This document shows, in pieces, positions 46,601 through 58,369 of a DNA stretch of 64,000 bases. How positions within the stretch are numbered: position 1 is the stretch's first letter; each line of letters opens with the position of its first letter. Under the pieces are notes generated by a model. It was not told the origin of the DNA. It worked only from the letters and a program-made list of their open reading frames with translations, and did not search any database. Origin of the DNA: Eledone cirrhosa (taxonomy: Eukaryota); NCBI GenBank assembly GCA_964016885.1, contig OZ024740.1, positions 416,268,001-416,332,000 of the forward strand, read 5' to 3'. Both the position numbers and the translations under genes were made by a program.

Positions 46601-49600
46601 TGAGGGCTGAGTGTTTGTTTGTCGTGACTCCTACATGGCCACTTTACAGTGAGGGCTGAGTGCTTGTTTGTCGTGACACCTCCACTACCACTGTACAGTG
46701 AGGGCTGAGTGCTTGTTTGTCGTGGCACCTCCACGACCACTTTACAGTGAGGGCTGAGTGCTTGTTTGTCGTGACACCTCCATGGCCACTTTACAGTGAG
46801 GGCTGAGTGCTTGTTTCTCGTGCCACCTACATGGCCACTTTACAGTGAGGGCTGAGTGCTTGTTTGTCGTGACAACGACATGTCCACTTTACATTGAGGG
46901 CTGAGTGCTTGTTTGTCGTGACACCTCCACTACCACTTTACAGTGAGGGCTGAGTGCTTGTTTGTCGTGACTCCTACATGGCCACTTTACAGTGAGGGCT
47001 GAGTGCTTGTTTGTCGTGACACCTACATGGCCACTGTACACTGAGGGCTGGGTGCTTGTTTGTCATGACACCTACATGGCCACTTTACAGTGACGGCTGA
47101 GTGCTTGTTTGTCAAGACACATCCACGACCACTTTACAGTGAGGGCTGAGTGCTTGTTTGTCGTGACACCTCCATGGCCACTTTACAGTGAGGGCTGAGT
47201 GCTTGTTTGTCGTGACACCTCCATGGCCACTTTACAGTGAGGGCTGAGTGCTTGTTTGTCGTGACATCTCCACGACCACTTTACAGTGAGGGCTGAGTGC
47301 TTGTTTGTCGTGACAACGACATGGCCACTTTACAGTGAGGGCTGAGTGCTTGTTTGTCGTGACACCTCCACTACCACTTTACAGTGAGGGCTGAGTGCTT
47401 GTTTGTCGTGACTCCTACATGGCCACTTTACAGTGAGGGCTGAGTGCTTGTTTGTCGTGACACCTACATGGCCACTTTACAGTGAGGGCTGAGTGCTTGT
47501 TTGTCATGACACCTACATGACCACTTTACAGTGAGGGCTGAGTGCTTGTTTGTCGTGGCACCTCCACGACCACTTTACAGTGAGGGCTGAGTGCTTGTTT
47601 GTCGTTACACCTCCATGGCCACTTTACAGTGAAGGCTGAGTGCTTGTTTCTCGTGGCACCTACATGGCCACTTTACAGTGAGGGCTGAGTGCTTGTTTGT
47701 CGTTACACCTCCATGGCCACTTTACAGTGAAGGCTGAGTGCTTGTTTCTCGTGGCACCTACATGGCCACTTTACAGTGAGGGCTGAGTGCTTGTTTGTCG
47801 TGACTCCTACATGGCCACTTTACAGTGAGGGCTGAGTGCTTATTTGTCGTGACACCTACATGGCCACTTTACAGTGAGGGCTGAGTGCTTGTTTGTCGTG
47901 ACACCTCCACTACCACTTTACAGTGAGGGCTGAGTGCTTGTTTGTCGTGACACCTACATGGCCACTTTACAGTGAGGGCTGAGTGCTTGTTTGTCGTGAC
48001 ACCTACATGGCCACTTTACAGTGAGGGCTGAGTGCTTGTTTGTCGTGACACCTACATGGCCACTTTACGGTGGAGCTGAGTGCTTGTTTGTCGTGACACC
48101 TACATGGCCACTTTACGGTGGAGCTGAGTGCTTGATTGTCGTGACACCTACATGGCCACTTTACAGTGAGGGCTGAGTGCTTGTTTGTCGTGACACCTAC
48201 ATGGCCACTTTACACTGAGGGCTGGGTGCTTGTTTGTCATGACACCTACATGGCCACTTTACAGTGAGGGCTGAGTGCTTGTTTGTCAAGACACATCCAC
48301 GACCACTTTACAGTGAGGGCTGAGTGCTTGTTTGTCGTGACACCTCCATGGCCACTTTACAGTGAGGGCTGAGTGCTTGTTTGTTGTGACCCCTCCATGG
48401 CCACTTTACAGTGAGGGCTGAGTGCTTGTTTGTCGTGACATCTCCACGACCACTTTTCAGTGAGGGCTGAGTGCTTGTTTGTCGTGACACCTCCATGGCC
48501 ACTTTACAGTGAGGGCTGAGGGCTTGTTTGTTGTGACACCTCCATGGCCACTTTACAGTGAGGGCTGAGTGCTTGTTTGTCGTGACACCTACATGGCCAC
48601 TTTACAGTGAGGGCTGAGTGCTTGTTTGTCGTGACACCTACATGGCCACTTTACGGTGAGGGCTGACTGCTTGTTTGTCGTGACACCTACATGGCCACTT
48701 TACAGTGAGGGCTGGGTGCTTGTTTGTCGTGACACCTACATGGCCACTTTACAGTGAGGGCTGAGTGCTTGTTTGTCGTGACACCTACATGGCCACTTTA
48801 CGGTGAGGGCTGAGTGCTTGTTTGTCGTGACACCTCCATGGCCACTTTACAGTGAGGGCTGAGTGCTTGTTTGTCGTGACACCTACATGGCCACTTTACA
48901 GTGAGGGCTGAGTGCTTGGTTGTCCTGACACCTCCATGGCCACTTTACAGTGAGGGCTGAGTGCTTGTTTGTCGTGACACCTCCATGGCCACTTTACAGT
49001 GAGGGCTGAGTGCTTGTTTGTCGTGACACCTACATGGCCACTTTACGGTGAGGGCTGAGTGCTTGTTTGTCGTGACACCTACATGGCCACTTTACGGTGA
49101 GGGATGAGTGCTTGTTTGTCGTGACACCTCCACTACCACTTTACAGTGAGGGCTGAGTGCTTGTTTGTCGTGACACCTACATGGCCACTTTACAGTGAGG
49201 GCTGAGTGTTTGTTTGTCGTGACTCCTACATGGCCACTTTACAGTGAGGGCTGAGTGCTTGTTTGTCGTGACACCTCCACTACCACTGTACAGTGAGGGC
49301 TGAGTGCTTGTTTGTCGTGGCACCTCCACGACCACTTTACAGTGAGGGCTGAGTGCTTGTTTGTCGTGACACCTCCATGGCCACTTTACAGTGAGGGCTG
49401 AGTGCTTGTTTGTCGTGACACCTCCATGGCCACTTTACAGTGAAGGCTGAGTGCTTGTTTCTCGTGCCACCTACATGGCCACTTTACAGTGAGGGCTGAG
49501 TGCTTGTTTGTCGTGACAACGACATGTCCACTTTACATTGAGGGCTGAGTGCTTGTTTGTCGTGACACCTACATGGCCACTTTACAGTGAGGGCTGAGTG

Positions 49601-52600
49601 CTTGTTTGTCGTGACACCTCCACTACCACTTTACAGTGAGGGCTGAGTGCTTGTTTGTCGTGACTCCTACATGGCCACTTTACAGTGAGGGCTGAGTGCT
49701 TGTTTATCGTGACACCTACATGGCCACTTTACACTGAGGGCTGGGTGCTTGTTTGTCATGACACCTACATGGCCACTTTACAGTGACGGCTGAGTGCTTG
49801 TTTGTCAAGACACATCCACGACCACTTTACAGTGAGGGCTGAGTGCTTGTTTGTCGTGACACCTCCATGGCCACTTTACAGTGAGGGCTGAGTGCTTGTT
49901 TGTTGTGACACCTCCATGGCCACTTTACAGTGAGGGCTGAGTGCTTGTTTGTCGTGACATCTCCACGACCACTTTACAGTGAGGGCTGAGTGCTTGTTTG
50001 TCGTGACACCTACATGTCCAATTTACATTGAGGGCTGAGTGCTAGTTTGTCGTGACACCTACATGGCCACTTTACAGTGAGGGCTGAGTGCTTGTTTGTC
50101 GTGACACCTCCACTACCACTTTACAGTGAGGGCTGAGTGCTTGTTTGTCGTGACTCCTACATGGCCACTTTACAGTGAGGGCTGAGTGCTTGTTTGTCGT
50201 GACACCTACATGGCCACTTTACAGTGAGGGCTGAGTGCTTGTTTGTCGTGACTCCTACATGGCCACTTTACAGTGAGGGCTGAGATTGTTTGTCATGACA
50301 CCTACATGACCACTTTACAGTGAGGGCTGAGTGCTTGTTTGTCGTGGCACCTCCACGACCACTTTACAGTGAGGGCTGAGTGCTTGTTTGTCGTGGCACC
50401 TCCATGGCCACTTTACAGTGAGGGCTGAGTGCTTGTTTGTCGTTACACCTCCATGGCCACTTTACAGTGAAGGCTGAGTGCTTGTTTCTCGTGGCACCTA
50501 CATGGCCACTTTACAGTGAGGGCTGAGTGCTTGTTTGTCGTGACTCCTACATGGCCACTTTACAGTGAGGGCTGAGTGCTTATTTGTCGTGACACCTCCA
50601 TGGCCACTTTACAGTGAGGGCTGAGTGCTTATTTGTCGTGACACCTCCATGGCCACTTTACAGTGAGGGCTGAGTGCTTATTTGTCGTGACACCTCCACT
50701 ACCACTTTACAGTGAGGGCTGAGTGCTTGTTTGTCGTGACACCTACATGGCCACTTTACAGTGAGGGCTGAGTGCTTGTTTGTCGTGACACCTACATGGC
50801 CACTTTACAGTGAGGGCTGAGTGCTTGTTTGTCGTGACACCTACATGGCCACTTTACAGTGGAGCTGAGTGCTTGTTTGTCGTGACACCTCCATGGCCAC
50901 TTTACAGTGAGGGCTGAGTGCTTGTTTGTTGTGACACCTCCATGGCCACTTTACAGTGAGGGCTGAGTGCTTGTTTGTTGTGACATCTCCACGACCACTT
51001 TACAGTGAGGGCTGAGTGCTTGTTTGTCGTGACACCTACATGGCCACTTTACGGTGAGGGCTGAGTGCTTGTTTGTCGTGACACCTCCATGGCCACTTTA
51101 CGGTGAGGGCTGAGTGCTTGTTTGTCGTGACAACTACATGGCCACTTTACAGTGAGGGCTGAGTGCTTGTTTGTCGTGACACCTCCATGGCCACTTTACA
51201 GTGAGGGCTGAGTGCTTGTTTGTCGTGACACCTACATGGCCACTTTACAGTGAGGGCTGAGTGCTTGTTTGTCGTGACACCTCCATGGCCACTTTACAGT
51301 GAGGGCTGAGTGCTTGTTTGTCGTGACACCTATATGGCCACTTTACGGTGAGGGCTGAGTGCTTGTTTGTCGTGACACCTACATGGCCACTTTACGGTGA
51401 GGGATGAGTGCTTGTTTGTCGTGACACCTCCACTACCACTTTACAGTGAGGGCTGAGTGCTTGTTTGTCGTGACACCTACATGGCCACTTTACAGTGAGG
51501 GCTGAGTGCTTGTTTGTCGTGACACCTCCATGGCCACTTTACAGTGAGGGCTGAGTGCTTGTTTGTCATGACACCTACATGGCCACTTTACGGTGAGGGC
51601 TGAGTGCTTGTTTGTCGTGACAACGACATGTCCACTTTACAGTGAGGGCTGGGTGCTTGTTTGTCGTGACACCTACATGGCAACTTTACAGTGAGGGCTG
51701 AGTGCTTGTTTGTCGTGACACCTCCATGGCCACTTTACAGTGAGGGCTGAGTGCTTGTTTGTCGTGACACCTCCACGACCACTTTACAGTGAGGGCTGAG
51801 TGCTTGTTTGTCGTGGCACCTCCATGGCCACTTTACAGTGAGGGCTGAGTGCTTGTTTGTCGTTACACCTCCATGGCCACTTTACAGTGAAGGCTGAGTG
51901 CTTGTTTCTCGTGACACCTCCACTACCACTTTACAGTGAGGGCTGAGTGCTTGTTTGTCGTGACACCTACATGGCCACTTTACAGTGAGGGCTGAGTGCT
52001 TGTTTGTTGTGACACCTACATGGCCACTTTACAGTGAGGGCTGAGTGCTTGTTTGTCGTGACACCTACATGGCCACTTTACAGTGGAGCTGAGTGCTTGT
52101 TTGTCGTGACACCTACATGGCCACTTTACAGTGGAGCTGAGTGCTTGTTTGTCGTGACACCTACATGGCCACTTTACAGTGAGGGCTGAGTGCTTGTTTG
52201 TCATGACACCTACATGGCCACTTTACAGTGAGGGCTGAGTGCTTGTTTGTCAAGACACCTCCATGGCCACTTTACAGTGAGGGCTGAGTGCTTGTTTGTC
52301 ATGACACCTCCATGGCCACTTTACAGTGAGGGCTGAGTGCTTGTTTGTCGTGACACCTACATGGCCACTTTACAGTGAGGGCTGAGTGCTTGTTTGTCGT
52401 GACACCTCCATGGCCACTTTACACTGAGGGCTGGGTGCTTGTTTGTCATGACACCTACATGGCCACTTTACAGTGAGGGCTGAGTGCTTGTTTGTCAAGA
52501 CACATCCACGACCACTTTACAGTGAGGGCTGAGTGCTTGTTTGTCGTGACACCTCCATGGCCACTTTACAGTGAGGGCTGAGTGCTTGTTTGTTGTGACA

Positions 52601-55430
52601 CCTCCATGGCCACTTTACAGTGAGGGCTGAGTGCTTGTTTGTCGTGACATCTCCACGACCACTTTACAGTGAGGGCTGAGTGCTTGTTTGTCGTGACACC
52701 TACATGGCCACTTTACAGTGAGGGCTGAGTGCTTGTTTGTCGTGACACCTACATGGCCACTTTACGGTGAGGGCTGAGTGCTTGTTTGTCGTGACACCTA
52801 CATGGCCACTTTACAGTGAGGGCTGAGTGCTTGTTTGTCGTGACACCTACATGGCCACTTTACGGTGAGGGCTGAGTGCTTGTTTGTCGTGACACCTACA
52901 TGGCCACTTTACAGTGAGGGCTGAGTGCTTGTTTGTCGTGACACCTACATGGCCACTTTACAGTGAGGGCTGAGTGCTTGTTTGTCGTGACACCTACATG
53001 GCCACTTTACGGTGAGGGCTGAGTGCTTGTTTGTCGTGACACCTACATGGCCACTTTACACTGAGGGCTGGGTGCTTGTTTGTCGTGACACCTACATGGC
53101 CACTTTACAGTGAGGGCTGAGTGCTTGTTTGTCGTGACACCTACATGGCCACTTTACGGTGAGGGCTGAGTGCTTGTTTGTCGTGACACCTACATGGCCA
53201 CTTTACACTGAGGGCTGGGTGCTTGTTTGTCGTGACACCTACATGGCCACTTTACGGTGAGGGCTGAGGGCTTGTTTGTTGTGACACCTCCATGGCCACT
53301 TTACAGTGAGGGCTGAGTGCTTGTTTGTCGTGACACCTACATGGCCACTTTACAGTGAGGGCTGAGTGCTTGTTTGTCGTGACACCTACATGGCCACTTT
53401 ACGGTGAGGGCTGAGTGCTTGTTTGTCGTGACACCTACATGGCCACTTTACACTGAGGGCTGGGTGCTTGTTTGTTGTGACACCTACATGGCCACTTTAC
53501 AGTGAGGGCTGAGTGCTTGTTTGTCGTGACACCTACATGGCCACTTTACACTGAGGGCTGGGTGCTTGTTTGTTGTGACACCTACATGGCCACTTTACAG
53601 TGAGGGCCGAGTGCTTGTTTGTCGTGACACCTACATGGCCACTTTACAGTGAGGGCTGAGTGCTTGTTTGTCGTGACACCTACATGGCCACTTTACAGTG
53701 AGGGCTGAGTGCTTGTTTGTCGTGACACCTACATGGCCACTTTACAGTGAGGGCTGAGTGCTTGTTTGTCGTGACACCTACATGGCCACTTTACACTGAG
53801 GGCTGGGTGCTTGTTTGTTGTGACACCTACATGGCCACTTTACAGTGAGGGCCGAGTGCTTGTTTGTCGTGACACCTACATGGCCACTTTACAGTGAGGG
53901 CTGAGTGCTTGTTTGTCGTGACACCTACATGGCCACTTTACAGTGAGGGCTGAGTGCTTGTTTGTCGTGACACCTCCACGACCACTTTACAGTGAGGGCT
54001 GAGTGCTTGTTTGTCGTGACACCTCCACGACCACTTTACAGTGAGGGCTGAGTGATTGTTTGTCATGACACCTACATGGCCACTTTACAGTGAGGGCTGA
54101 GTGCTTGTTTGTCGTGACACCTCCATGGCCACTTTACAGTGAGGGCTGAGTGCTTTTTTGTCGTGGCACCTTCACGACCACTTTACAGTGAGGGCTGAGT
54201 GATTGTTTGTCGTGACACCTACATGGCCACTTTACAGTGAGGGCTGAGTGCTTGTTTGTCGTGACACCTCCATGGCCACTTTACAGTGAGGGCTGAGTGC
54301 TTGTTTGTCGTGACACCTACATGTCCACTTTACATTGAGGGCTGAGTGCTTCTTTGTCGTGACACCTCCATGGCCCCTTTACACTGAGGGCTGAGTGCTT
54401 GTTTGTCGTGACACCTACATGTCCACTATACAGTGAGGGCTGAGTGCTTCTTTGTCGTGACACCTCCATGGCCACTTTACAGTGAGGGCTGAGTGCTAGT
54501 TTGTCGTGACACCTACATGGCCACTTTACACTGAGGGCTGAGTGCTTGTTTGTCGTGACACCTCCACTACCACTTTACAGTGAGGGCTGAGTGCTTGTTT
54601 GTCGTGAAACCTCCATGGCCACTTTACAGTGAGGGCTGAGTGATTGTTTGTCGTGATTCCTACATGGCCACTTTACAGAGAGGGCTGAGTGCTTGTTTGT
54701 CGTGTCACCTACATGACCACTTTACAGTGAGTGCTGAGTGCTTGTTTGTCGTGACACCTCCATGGCCACTTTACAGCGAGGGCTGAGTGCTTGTTTGTCG
54801 TGACACCTACATGGCCACTTTACACTGAGGGCTGGGTGCTTGTTTGTCGTGACACCTACATGGCCACTTTACAGTGAGGGCTGAGTGCTTGTTTGTCGTG
54901 ACACCTACATGGCCACTTTACAGTGAGGGCTGAGTGCTTGTTTGTCGTGACACCTACATGGCCACTTTACTGTGAGGGCTGAGTGCTTGTTTGTCGTGAC
55001 ACCTACATGGCCACTTTACAGTGAGGGCTGAGTGCTTGTTTGTCGTGACACCTACATGGCCACTTTACAGTGAGGGCTGAGTGCTTGTTTGTCGTGGCAC
55101 CTACATGGCCACTTTACAGTGAGGGCTGAGTGCTTGTTTGTCGTGACACATCCACGACCACTTTACAGTGAGGGCTGAGTGCTTGTTTGTCGTGACACCT
55201 ACATGGCCACTTTACAGTGAGGGCTGAGTGCTTGTTTGTCGTGACACCTCCACGACCACTTTACAGTGAGGGCTGAGTGCTTGTTTGTCGTGGCACCTAC
55301 ATGGCCACTTTACAGTGAGGGCTGAGTGCTTGTTTGTCGTGGCACCTACATGGCCACTTTACAGTGAGGGCTGAGTGCTTGTTTGTCGTGACACCTCCAT
55401 GGCCACCTTACAGTGAGGGCTGAGGGCTTT
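43662..55430 (-). repeat. ~11.6-kb intronic satellite of ~237 x 49-bp units grown from an RTE-tail element
   Basis: (CAT)n + CTACAGCTGGATGC leader at 43662-43780, then the unit GGCCACTTTACAGTGAGGGCTGAGTGCTTGTTTGTCGTGACACCT(A/C)CAT from ~43790 to ~55428. Confidence 0.97.
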
Positions 55431-55882
55431 CATTGTTTAACATCCAATTTCCATGCTAGTCAAGTTGGGTCAGGTGACCGTGTCTCGCTCATGTAGGACT
55501 GTTTCTGGCTAGGTTTCTACAGCTGGATGCTCTTTCTAATGCCAACCACATTTACAGTGTGGGCTGGATGCTTTTTGTCATAACACCAAATGTGTATATA
55601 TACGTATATACATACATATATGTATAAATATAACCACGATTTGTAGTCATGCTGTTTCTTTTATCTATCTTTCTTTCTGTTATTGCAATGGATTTTGGTC
55701 CTCTCAATTAGCTAGCAGCCTACCACTTCTTCCCTGGTTCATCTTTCATCCCCTCCCCCCTTTCATTTTTATATTATCCCTATTGTGTCTTATTCCCTAA
55801 AACCAACACTAAACACTTTCCCCAATTATTCTTTCCACAGAACAACAATTATTTCATTTCTTTATTTATTCTACATTTGTAG

Positions 55883-56014
55883 TTGTGTGATGACTTAACA
55901 AGAAGTTTCAGTAAAGAAGGTTGGCTCAGTAAAAAAGGACCAAGAGATGAACCATTTCGGAAGCGGTGGTTTACATTTGATCGTAGAAAGTTGATGTATT
56001 TTGAAGAACCTTTG
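55883..56014 (+). CDS. ADAP1: ADAP1-like coding exon (PH2 N-terminal)
   Basis: tttgtag acceptor, TTG|GTGAGT donor. Translates LCDDLTRSFSKEGWLSKKGPRDEPFRKRWFTFDRRKLMYFEEPL (KEGW.xK.GP...FxKRWF phosphoinositide-binding signature). Confidence 0.93.
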
Positions 56015-56222
56015 GTGAGTAATTAATTTAATTTGTTACTTATATAATAAATTCCTGTCATTAAACTGAATGTTTTCCATACATGTGGTCTAATTAAACA
56101 AAATAGTGGAATCATGAGCTGCAGTTGAATAGAAATTCTAATGTCTTGGAGTAAGACATTTAAATTAATATGCTTTAACTTAAGTTTACTTAGGTGGGGA
56201 ATAAGTTTTGATGGAAATTACC

Positions 56223-56424
56223 TACCATATATACTTGAATAAGCCGAGGAATGTGTGATAAAAAGATCAATGGTAGAAAAGGGTTGGCTTATATTTGGGG
56301 TCAATATTTTGATGATTTTCACCAACTTCAGATTCCATGTAAATAAAGGTTGGATTTTTGCCTCTTTCTCAGACAGTGGGGTTAGCTTATATTTTTATCG
56401 GCTAATATTTGAGTATATTCGGTA
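56223..56424. mobile_element. pogo/Tigger-like MITE
   Basis: Inverted ends TACCATATATACTTGAATAAGCCGA / TCGGCTAATATTTGAGTATATTCGGTA. Confidence 0.7.
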
Positions 56425-56483
56425 TTGTGATACATATTAGATCCCAGAGGAAAATTTGTCTCATCAACTTACTATTTTTTTGT

Positions 56484-56790
56484 GGAGGTAAATAGCCTAG
56501 TGGTAAGGGTGTTGACCTTACGATCATAATGCTGTGGATTTGGTTCCTGGGCTGGGTTGTGTGTTGTGTTCTTGAGCAAAACACGTCATTTCATATTGCC
56601 CCAATATACTCAGCTGTAAATGAGTACCATCAATAGCTGGAGGTTTAACCCTGCGATGAATTGCTGTCCTGTCCAGAGGGAAGTCTTGTACTTTTAGTCA
56701 CTTCACACCACAGAAACTGGGATAAGCTCTGGCCCAATGAGCCTCCTGGTTTGAGACAGATTTTAGACTAGACTTAAACTTTAGACTTAT
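56484..56790 (+). mobile_element. tRNA-derived SINE (family C)
   Basis: TAGCCTAGTGG A box, core, CCCTGCGATG..CCTGTCCAGAGGG..GAAACTGGGATAAGCTC body and (AGACTT)-like tail. Confidence 0.8.
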
Positions 56791-56937
56791 TATTTCAGAT
56801 ACTATTACGAATTGGTTTTTAAGGATTTGACAAAAAAAAGTTTGACAAAATTTGCAGTTATATATTTTAAGAATACATAATCATGTAGCATTAAAAAAGA
56901 ATTATGTAAAAGAATTCTCTTTGAAATTGTTTTTCAG

Positions 56938-57157
56938 AATGCATTTGCTAAAGGAGAAATATTCATTGGTCATAAGGACTATTCTATTGTGGAAGGAATT
57001 CCTTCTGATGGTCGGACTGCACCTGGTTATGGCTTTACCCTTCACACACCTGAAAGAGATTTTTATTTGAGTGCTGAATCTAAAGCTGAAATGGAAGAGT
57101 GGATACATGAGTTGACTAAAGTTACCATGACACCATTAACACCTCAAGATAATAAAA
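56938..57157 (+). CDS. ADAP1: ADAP1-like coding exon (PH2 C-terminal)
   Basis: ttttcag acceptor, A|GTAACA donor (phase 1). Translates NAFAKGEIFIGHKDYSIVEGIPSDGRTAPGYGFTLHTPERDFYLSAESKAEMEEWIHELTKVTMTPLTPQDNK. Confidence 0.92.
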
Positions 57158-57239
57158 GTAACATTTTAAAATTTGTAATTTTATTATAATATCTTGTTTT
57201 CTGCATGTTGTGCTAAATGAAGATACATATTATAGCTTT

Positions 57240-57400
57240 GTATATCTTCAGTTTGGTATTGGTGCCAACCATTACCTATGGTCATGAATTTTGGGTAATG
57301 ACTGAAAGAATATGATCGCGAATACAAGTGGGCAAAATGTGGTTCCTTTGAAGGGTCTTTGGAGTAATGTTACTGTTAAAGGGATGACACATGCTGTGAC
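57240..57400 (+). pseudogene. RTE (Expander-like) fragment
   Basis: Translates LVPTITYGHEFWVMTERI*SRIQ, the PTLTYGHELWVMTERxRSRIQ motif. Confidence 0.65.
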
Positions 57401-57699
57401 AACTACTCAAATGGCAACCTGGTGTGTTCGGCTACCAGCCCAGGCTCTGCTGCTCACCAAGCTGAAGAGGGCAAACTGTCTAAGTATTGTCTGCTCTCGG
57501 ATAGGTTTGTGGTTGAGCTTGTAGCAGTGGAAACTTCTGGCATTCTTATAACTTTTTTATGGTTTATATTTTTCAAATTCTTTGAAAATAATAAAAAATA
57601 AAATAATGAAATTGATTGTGTACAGTGCTCAGCACTCTTTAAAGGTGCATGTATAGTACATAGAATAATGTACAAATGTCACAAAAGTGAATAGTGTAT

Positions 57700-58098
57700 G
57701 AGCTATGATATACACAGGCGCACGCAAGCGTCTGTGTATGGAGGGGGAATATCAGGTGTAGTGTTGGCGAATTTCTGGAAGCATGAAAGTTTTGAAGGAT
57801 GCAGTGTCTTGACAGCTAATAACTGATGTGGGTAGTTTGTTCCAAGCTTCAGCAGCTCTGAGCGTAAAAGAATGTTTCCGGAAGTCATGGAAGCTGTACT
57901 ATTTTCTGACTTTGTAAGCATGTCCACAAGTGTTAGACACATGGAATTCAAAAAGGTGCTCAATGTTGTTGTTGGCAAGATGGTTAATAATCTTGTGGGT
58001 GTCTACCTAGGTCAGTTGTCAGACATTTAATGTATCCATGCCAAGGGAAGCAAGGCATTCTGAGTACAGTAGACGCCTGATGGAGGGTATTCGTTTGG
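57700..58098 (-). pseudogene. CR1/L2-group LINE 3' fragment
   Basis: Minus frame gives SNTCGHAYKVRK..HDFRKHSFTLRAAEAWNKLP (TRGH..K...RKxFFxxR...WNxLP motif). Confidence 0.7.
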
Positions 58099-58159
58099 AT
58101 AGATAAACCTGTTAAATTTGATTAACTAATTATGTTTACTATATTTTTTCTTTCCTTAG

Positions 58160-58218
58160 TTGCTGCCTCAATGGTCAACAAAAGGCCTACAACTATTTAC
58201 CAAATGATGAAAAGATGA
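58160..58218 (+). CDS. ADAP1: ADAP1-like terminal coding exon
   Basis: Pyrimidine tract + ccttag acceptor, phase compatible with the previous exon. Translates (I)AASMVNKRPTTIYQMMKR then TGA. Short and weakly conserved, hence lower confidence. Confidence 0.7.
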
Positions 58219-58325
58219 AATTGAAATGTCTAGGAAATGCCAAACATTTTCCTGTACCAAATCTTCAAAACAACTTGCCTTGCTATTGATTTTTGAGAAG
58301 ACTGACTAAATTACTGCTGCTGCTA

Positions 58326-58369
<44 letters not shown>

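Noticed and set aside
43790-55430. CRISPR-like array interpretation of the 49-bp repeats (also 16741 and 39760)
   Set aside because: Units are contiguous with no unique spacers, there are no cas genes, the context is a eukaryotic intron, and the unit is homologous to the LINE 3' UTR.
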